Shown in pieces: positions 60,003 through 64,000 of a stretch of 64,000 bases of DNA. This DNA comes from Bacteroidaceae bacterium (GTDB lineage Bacteria; Bacteroidota; Bacteroidia; Bacteroidales; Bacteroidaceae), in contig JAFUYM010000026.1 of NCBI GenBank assembly GCA_017470525.1, positions 33,419 to 97,418 of the forward strand, given 5' to 3'. The stretch's first letter is position 1; the number at the start of each line of letters is the position of its first letter. Both the position numbers and the translations under genes were made by a program. Below the pieces are notes generated by a model. It saw only the letters and a program-made list of their open reading frames with translations, was not told where the DNA came from and did not search any database.

Positions 60003-60055
60003 AACAACGAATATTTCTAATGTTTCGAATCGTAAAATTAGTTTCATTCGTTGTT
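60003..60055 (+). repeat. 53-bp mini version of the groEL-flanking MITE-like element
   Basis: AACAACGAATATTTCTAATGTTTCGAATCGTAAAATTAGTTTCATTCGTTGTT shares both termini (AACAACGAAT..TTTCGAAT / CGT.AAATTAG...ATTCGTTGTT) with the 195-bp element but lacks its core. Confidence 0.7.
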
Positions 60056-60066
60056 GAAAGAAAGGT

Positions 60067-61299
60067 ATGAATGTATCGTTTTACATAGCCAAACGTTACC
60101 TGCTGTCGAAAAAGTCGCACAGTGCCATCAACATCATTTCGGGTGTGTCGGTGGCAGGTGTGGCGATTGCGACGGCTGCCTTGGTGTGCATCCTGTCGGT
60201 GTTCAATGGTTTTCAGGACATGGTGGCAGGACTCTTCACGGCGTTTGACCCCCAGTTGAAGGTCGTGCCTGTGGAGGGGAAGTTCATGGCAGCAGACAAG
60301 CAGGGGCTGAAGGCGTTGCGGGCAGATGCCGATGTGGAGGTCTATACGGAAACCCTCGAAGACAACGCCCTCTTGATGATTAACAACCGCCAGACGATGG
60401 TGACCATCAAGGGAGTGGAGGACAACTTTGAGGACTTGGTCAATATCAATGGGATTCTGATTGGCGACGGGGTGTTTGAGTTGCATGCCGATGTGATTGA
60501 CTATGGCATCTTAGGCTCCAACCTGCTCTTGCAGTTGGGGCTTCCTGCCGATTTCTCCTCTGCCATTCAGGTGTATGCCCCCCGGAAAGGAGAGCGGATT
60601 GACCTGAACGACCCACGGGAAAGCCTGAATCAGGAGGAACTGTACTCGCCGAAAGTGGGCTTCATGGTGAAGCAGAACAAATATGACTCCAACTACGTGA
60701 TTACGAACCTTGCCTTTGCCAGAAGGTTGTTTGAGCGGCAAGGCGAGGTGTCGGCTGTGGAGTTGAGGCTCAGGGAGGGTGCCGATGTGGGCGCGGTGAA
60801 GTCGCGGTTGCAGAAGATGCTGGGTGAGGAATACAAGGTGATGGATCGCTATGAGCAGCAGGAAGACACGTTCAAGATTATGCAGATTGAGAAACTCATC
60901 TCCTACATCTTCTTGACCTTCATCCTGATGATAGCATGCTTCAACATCATCGGTTCCTTGTCAATGCTGATTATCGACAAGAAGCAGGATGCCATCACTT
61001 TGCGAAATCTGGGAGCCAACGAGCAGCAGATTCGTGGCATCTTCATGGTGGAGGGCAGGATGATTTGTGTGTTGGGTGCAGTGGTTGGCATTGCCGTAGG
61101 ACTGACACTCTGCTATTTGCAGCAGGAGTTTGGCTTGGTGCGTTTCGGCAACAGCGAAGGCAGTTACATCATCGATGCCTACCCCGTCAGTGTGCATCTG
61201 GTCGATATTGGGGTGGTGCTGCTCACGGTGATAGCCGTCGGATTCTTGTCGGTGTGGTACCCTGTGCGGCATTTGAGTAGGAAATATACTAAAAACTAA
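60067..61299 (+). CDS. FtsX-like ABC transporter permease (LolC/LolE-like)
   Basis: 410 aa beginning MNVSFYIAKRYLLSKKSHSAINIISGVSVAGVAIATAALVCILSVFNGF. It has a MacB-like periplasmic domain followed by three C-terminal TM helices. Confidence 0.8.
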   Translation: MNVSFYIAKRYLLSKKSHSAINIISGVSVAGVAIATAALVCILSVFNGFQDMVAGLFTAFDPQLKVVPVEGKFMAADKQGLKALRADADVEVYTETLEDNALLMINNRQTMVTIKGVEDNFEDLVNINGILIGDGVFELHADVIDYGILGSNLLLQLGLPADFSSAIQVYAPRKGERIDLNDPRESLNQEELYSPKVGFMVKQNKYDSNYVITNLAFARRLFERQGEVSAVELRLREGADVGAVKSRLQKMLGEEYKVMDRYEQQEDTFKIMQIEKLISYIFLTFILMIACFNIIGSLSMLIIDKKQDAITLRNLGANEQQIRGIFMVEGRMICVLGAVVGIAVGLTLCYLQQEFGLVRFGNSEGSYIIDAYPVSVHLVDIGVVLLTVIAVGFLSVWYPVRHLSRKYTKN

Positions 61300-61305
61300 C
61301 AAGAT

Positions 61306-62982
61306 ATGAAGAAAAGAATCTTAGGGCTGTTGCCCGTGTGTGCAGCCGTGCTGTTGTCTGGTTGTAGTAAGCAGAAAACATTTGTGTCCGACAACTTTGC
61401 CGTGTCGCCCACTCCGCTGGAGTATGTGGCTGGCGATGTGCCGGCTACCATCAGCATCAATGTGCCAGCCAAGATGATGTCTAAGAAGGTGGTGGTGGAA
61501 TGTGTGCCCGTGCTGAAGTGGGATGGCGGTTCATTGGCTGGCGACCCCTTTACCCTGCAAGGCGAGATGGTGGAGGCAAACCACACCATCATCTCTTATA
61601 AGAATGGCGGTCACGCCACGATGCGCTTCTGTGTGCCCTTCAAGGACGGCATGGAGAAGAGCGACCTCATGATGCAGTTCAATGCCACCAAAGGCAAGAA
61701 GGTCCTGAAGATGCCTACCGTGAAAATCGGCAATGGCGTGAAGTGTACGGCTTCTCTTGTCACGAAGACGGCAAAGACGGCGAACTTCGGGGTTGCCACT
61801 GACAACTTCCAGCGCGTCATCAGCCAGAAGCAGGAGGCTGCTGTGAAGTTCCTCATCGGACAAGCCAACCTGCGTGGAAGCGAACTGAACAGCCAAACTG
61901 TGCAGGACTTCATCGCTACGCTGAAGAACATCAAGAATGATGAACAGAGCCTTGTGCTGAACAACATCGAGGTGAGTGCCTACGCCTCCCCTGATGGTGC
62001 CTACGCCATCAACGAACGTTTGGCAGAAAAGCGTGGCGATGTGTCGGCAGGATATGTCAACCAGCAGTTGAAGCAGAACAACCTCGCCACGGCAGTCGAT
62101 ACCAAATACACGGCAGAAGACTGGGAAGGCTTTCAGGCATTGGTGTCGCAATCCAATCTGCCCGACAAGGATGTGATTCTCCGGGTGCTTTCCATGTACC
62201 AAGACCCCGAGCAGCGTGAACGCGAAATCCGCAACGTGGCAGTGGTTTATAAGGAACTGGCAGAAGCCGTGTTGCCAGAGTTGCGACGTGCCCGTATGGT
62301 CATCAACTACGACGTGATTGGTCGCAGCGACGATGCCATCATGGAACAATACGAAAAGGATGCCTCCAAACTGAGTGCTGAAGAACTCATCTATGCTGCC
62401 AACATGCTTTCCTCCACTGTTGGTCAGAAAGAGCAACTCCTGAAGAAAACCGTTTCACTCTATCCTAACGATTACCGTGCCTACAACAACTTGGGCGAAC
62501 TCGCCTTGCAGAGTGGCAATCTCGATGCAGCACAAGGTTATCTGCGACAGGCATTGAGCATCAACCCCAATGCAGCCGAACCCAACGTCAACCTCGGCAT
62601 GATTGCCGTGCAGGAAGGCAACTTCCAGGATGCCGAAATGTACATCGCCAAAGGTGTGAGTGCCAACAATTTCGATGAGGCTTTGGGACACCTTTATTTG
62701 GCACAAGGGAAATACAACCAAGCATCCGCTAAGTTCCATAACTCATCCAACAACAGCGCGGCACTTTCCAACATTCTCTCGCAAGACTATGCCGATGCCC
62801 TCAAGACCCTGTCGAACATCAAGAACCCCGATGCCATGACCTACTACCTCCGAGCAGTTTTGGCTGCCCGCATGGAAGATAAGTCAGAGGTGAAAGAGAA
62901 TCTGGCGAAAGCCATTGCCCTCGACCCATCCTTGGCAAAACGGGCATCCAACGATGCTGAATTTTCAGACGACAACAAGTGA
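61306..62982 (+). CDS. TPR-repeat lipoprotein with OmpA-like (ASPDG...N..LA..R) motif
   Basis: 558 aa with lipobox LLSGC|SKQ. IEVSAYASPDGAYAINERLAEKRGDVSAGYV is present, and the C-terminus has TPR-like repeats (YNNLGELALQSGNLDAAQGYLRQALSINPN...). Confidence 0.6.
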   Translation: MKKRILGLLPVCAAVLLSGCSKQKTFVSDNFAVSPTPLEYVAGDVPATISINVPAKMMSKKVVVECVPVLKWDGGSLAGDPFTLQGEMVEANHTIISYKNGGHATMRFCVPFKDGMEKSDLMMQFNATKGKKVLKMPTVKIGNGVKCTASLVTKTAKTANFGVATDNFQRVISQKQEAAVKFLIGQANLRGSELNSQTVQDFIATLKNIKNDEQSLVLNNIEVSAYASPDGAYAINERLAEKRGDVSAGYVNQQLKQNNLATAVDTKYTAEDWEGFQALVSQSNLPDKDVILRVLSMYQDPEQREREIRNVAVVYKELAEAVLPELRRARMVINYDVIGRSDDAIMEQYEKDASKLSAEELIYAANMLSSTVGQKEQLLKKTVSLYPNDYRAYNNLGELALQSGNLDAAQGYLRQALSINPNAAEPNVNLGMIAVQEGNFQDAEMYIAKGVSANNFDEALGHLYLAQGKYNQASAKFHNSSNNSAALSNILSQDYADALKTLSNIKNPDAMTYYLRAVLAARMEDKSEVKENLAKAIALDPSLAKRASNDAEFSDDNK

Positions 62983-63025
62983 TGACAGACGACAACAAGT
63001 GATGACAGACGATAACAAGCGATGA
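62966..63025 (+). repeat. Three tandem 20-bp repeats spanning a gene junction
   Basis: CAGACGACAACAAGTGATGA occurs twice, then CAGACGATAACAAGCGATGA once. Copy 1 contains the upstream gene's TGA stop (62980-62982) and copy 3 contains the downstream gene's ATG (63022). Confidence 0.95.
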
Positions 63026-64000
63026 CGAAACCCTTCCTACACATATTATATATAATAGGAGTCGCAATGCTCCTGTTCACCTCCTGCGGTCCCAGCGGCT
63101 CCTCCTTCCGCATCAAAGGCAAGTTTCGCGACATGCAGACAGGAGAGTTGTACATCTACAACCTTTCTGACGACCATGCCCGTCTCGACACCCTCACCAT
63201 TCAGGAAGGTCGTTTCCTCTATCGTGGTGAAGCAGAAGATGTGACCCCTTACATGCTCGTCTTTCCGAATGGAGTGGAACAAGTCATCTTCGTTTCCCCT
63301 GCCACTGACATCGAGTATGAAGCCACAGCCAACGACCTGAAGAACTACGTGGTCAATGGCAGCGACGAAAACAAACTCATGAACCTGTTCCGGCAGGAAA
63401 CCTACACCCAGAACCCATCCGAAGCGAAAGTCACTGCCCGCAAGTACATCAAGGAGAACCCCACTTCTGCCGTTGCCATCTATCTGCTTCATAGTTACTT
63501 CGTGCAAGACGAAGAAGTCAGCAGTGCCGAAATTCACGAACTGCTGAAGGTGCTGAAAAAAGCGCAGCCTCACCATCACTACCTGCTCGACATCGACAGC
63601 AAAGTCAGCAGCATCCAGCGGAGGGAAGAAGGCAAACTCCTGCCCGATGTCACCTTGACTCCCAAAGATAGGCATCCCGTCAAACTATGGTCAAAGTCAA
63701 AGCCCTACAACCTTGTGGCGTTTTGGGCACTCTGGATGCCCAGTGGTTATGACCTTCTGTGGAAGTTGCGTCTGATTCAGGATAAATACACCTCCGACGG
63801 AAACCTTCGCATTGTCGCCGTATCACTCGACCTCGAACGCTTCCGTTGGGAAGAAGCCATCCGTCCCGATTCCACCGCCCACATCGAGCACTATTGCGAC
63901 GGGCTTGCCTTCGAGTCGAAAGCCATCAAGACCCTTGGAGTGCAAGCCTTGCCTTTCTACGTCCTCACTGACAAAACCCATCGAGTGTTGGACAGCGGCA
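63022..64000 (+). CDS. Lipoprotein with DUF4369-like N-domain and thioredoxin (TlpA/AhpC-TSA-like) fold lacking the CxxC cysteines; 3' end outside window
   Basis: It is not in the ORF track because it is open at the window end. My translation reads MTKPFLHILYIIGVAMLLFTSC|GPSG..FRIKGKFRDMQTGELYIYNL... and later NLVAFWALWMPSGYDLLWKL, where the family normally has W-C-x-x-C (63733-63744). Confidence 0.7.
   Translation, partial: MTKPFLHILYIIGVAMLLFTSCGPSGSSFRIKGKFRDMQTGELYIYNLSDDHARLDTLTIQEGRFLYRGEAEDVTPYMLVFPNGVEQVIFVSPATDIEYEATANDLKNYVVNGSDENKLMNLFRQETYTQNPSEAKVTARKYIKENPTSAVAIYLLHSYFVQDEEVSSAEIHELLKVLKKAQPHHHYLLDIDSKVSSIQRREEGKLLPDVTLTPKDRHPVKLWSKSKPYNLVAFWALWMPSGYDLLWKLRLIQDKYTSDGNLRIVAVSLDLERFRWEEAIRPDSTAHIEHYCDGLAFESKAIKTLGVQALPFYVLTDKTHRVLDSG

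Noticed and set aside
63046-63675. A 209-aa minus-strand ORF at the window end.
   Set aside because: The plus strand here encodes a convincing lipoprotein (signal peptide, DUF4369-like and thioredoxin-like segments) that is missing from the ORF track only because it runs off the window.

Overview
This is a 64-kb chromosomal segment from a Bacteroidota genome, Bacteroidales-like and probably of Prevotellaceae/Porphyromonadaceae type. The placement rests on TAnnTTTG -7 promoter boxes, lipoprotein pilins of the FimA/Mfa (type V pilus) class, a T9SS C-terminal sorting domain, and Gln at +1 after most predicted signal peptides. Much of the window is ordinary housekeeping: M16 peptidase (partial), PfkB kinase, DEAD-box helicase, a C26-M19 peptidase fusion, HAD phosphatase, panE, groES-groEL, ribD, cysE, THUMP RNA methyltransferase, TatD, yidD-rnpA-hemD, metK, aroQ, O-methyltransferase, rbfA and a LolE-like permease. 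Two accessory regions stand out. (1) 13.8-18.2 kb holds higBA, a 1.1-kb ORF-free hairpin-rich stretch, an AT-rich islet encoding three small secreted proteins, and a decayed PIN toxin-antitoxin pair. (2) 27.4-58.3 kb holds a ~30-kb same-strand operon: a DUF3575/OmpA-like protein, two Mfa1-like pilins, an Mfa2-like anchor, two more pilin-like lipoproteins, then two giant proteins (3965 aa and 2601 aa, 19.7 kb together) built from [YF]GGG beta-helix-like turns plus GLUG modules, and finally a translationally coupled CxxC thioredoxin-like protein. The larger giant carries a T9SS sorting domain and sits where Mfa5 sits in the P. gingivalis mfa operon. The smaller one has no recognisable sorting or anchoring signal. 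This pilus-plus-giant-adhesin locus is the best candidate for an undescribed system. Several repeat families are also present: a ~195-bp structured MITE-like element bracketing groEL, REP-like hairpin arrays at both ends of the pilus locus, a perfect 55-bp inverted repeat, and a 20-bp triplicated stop/start junction. No rRNA, tRNA, CRISPR array, transposase or integrase was recognised. All calls rest on by-eye motif recognition; no searches were run.
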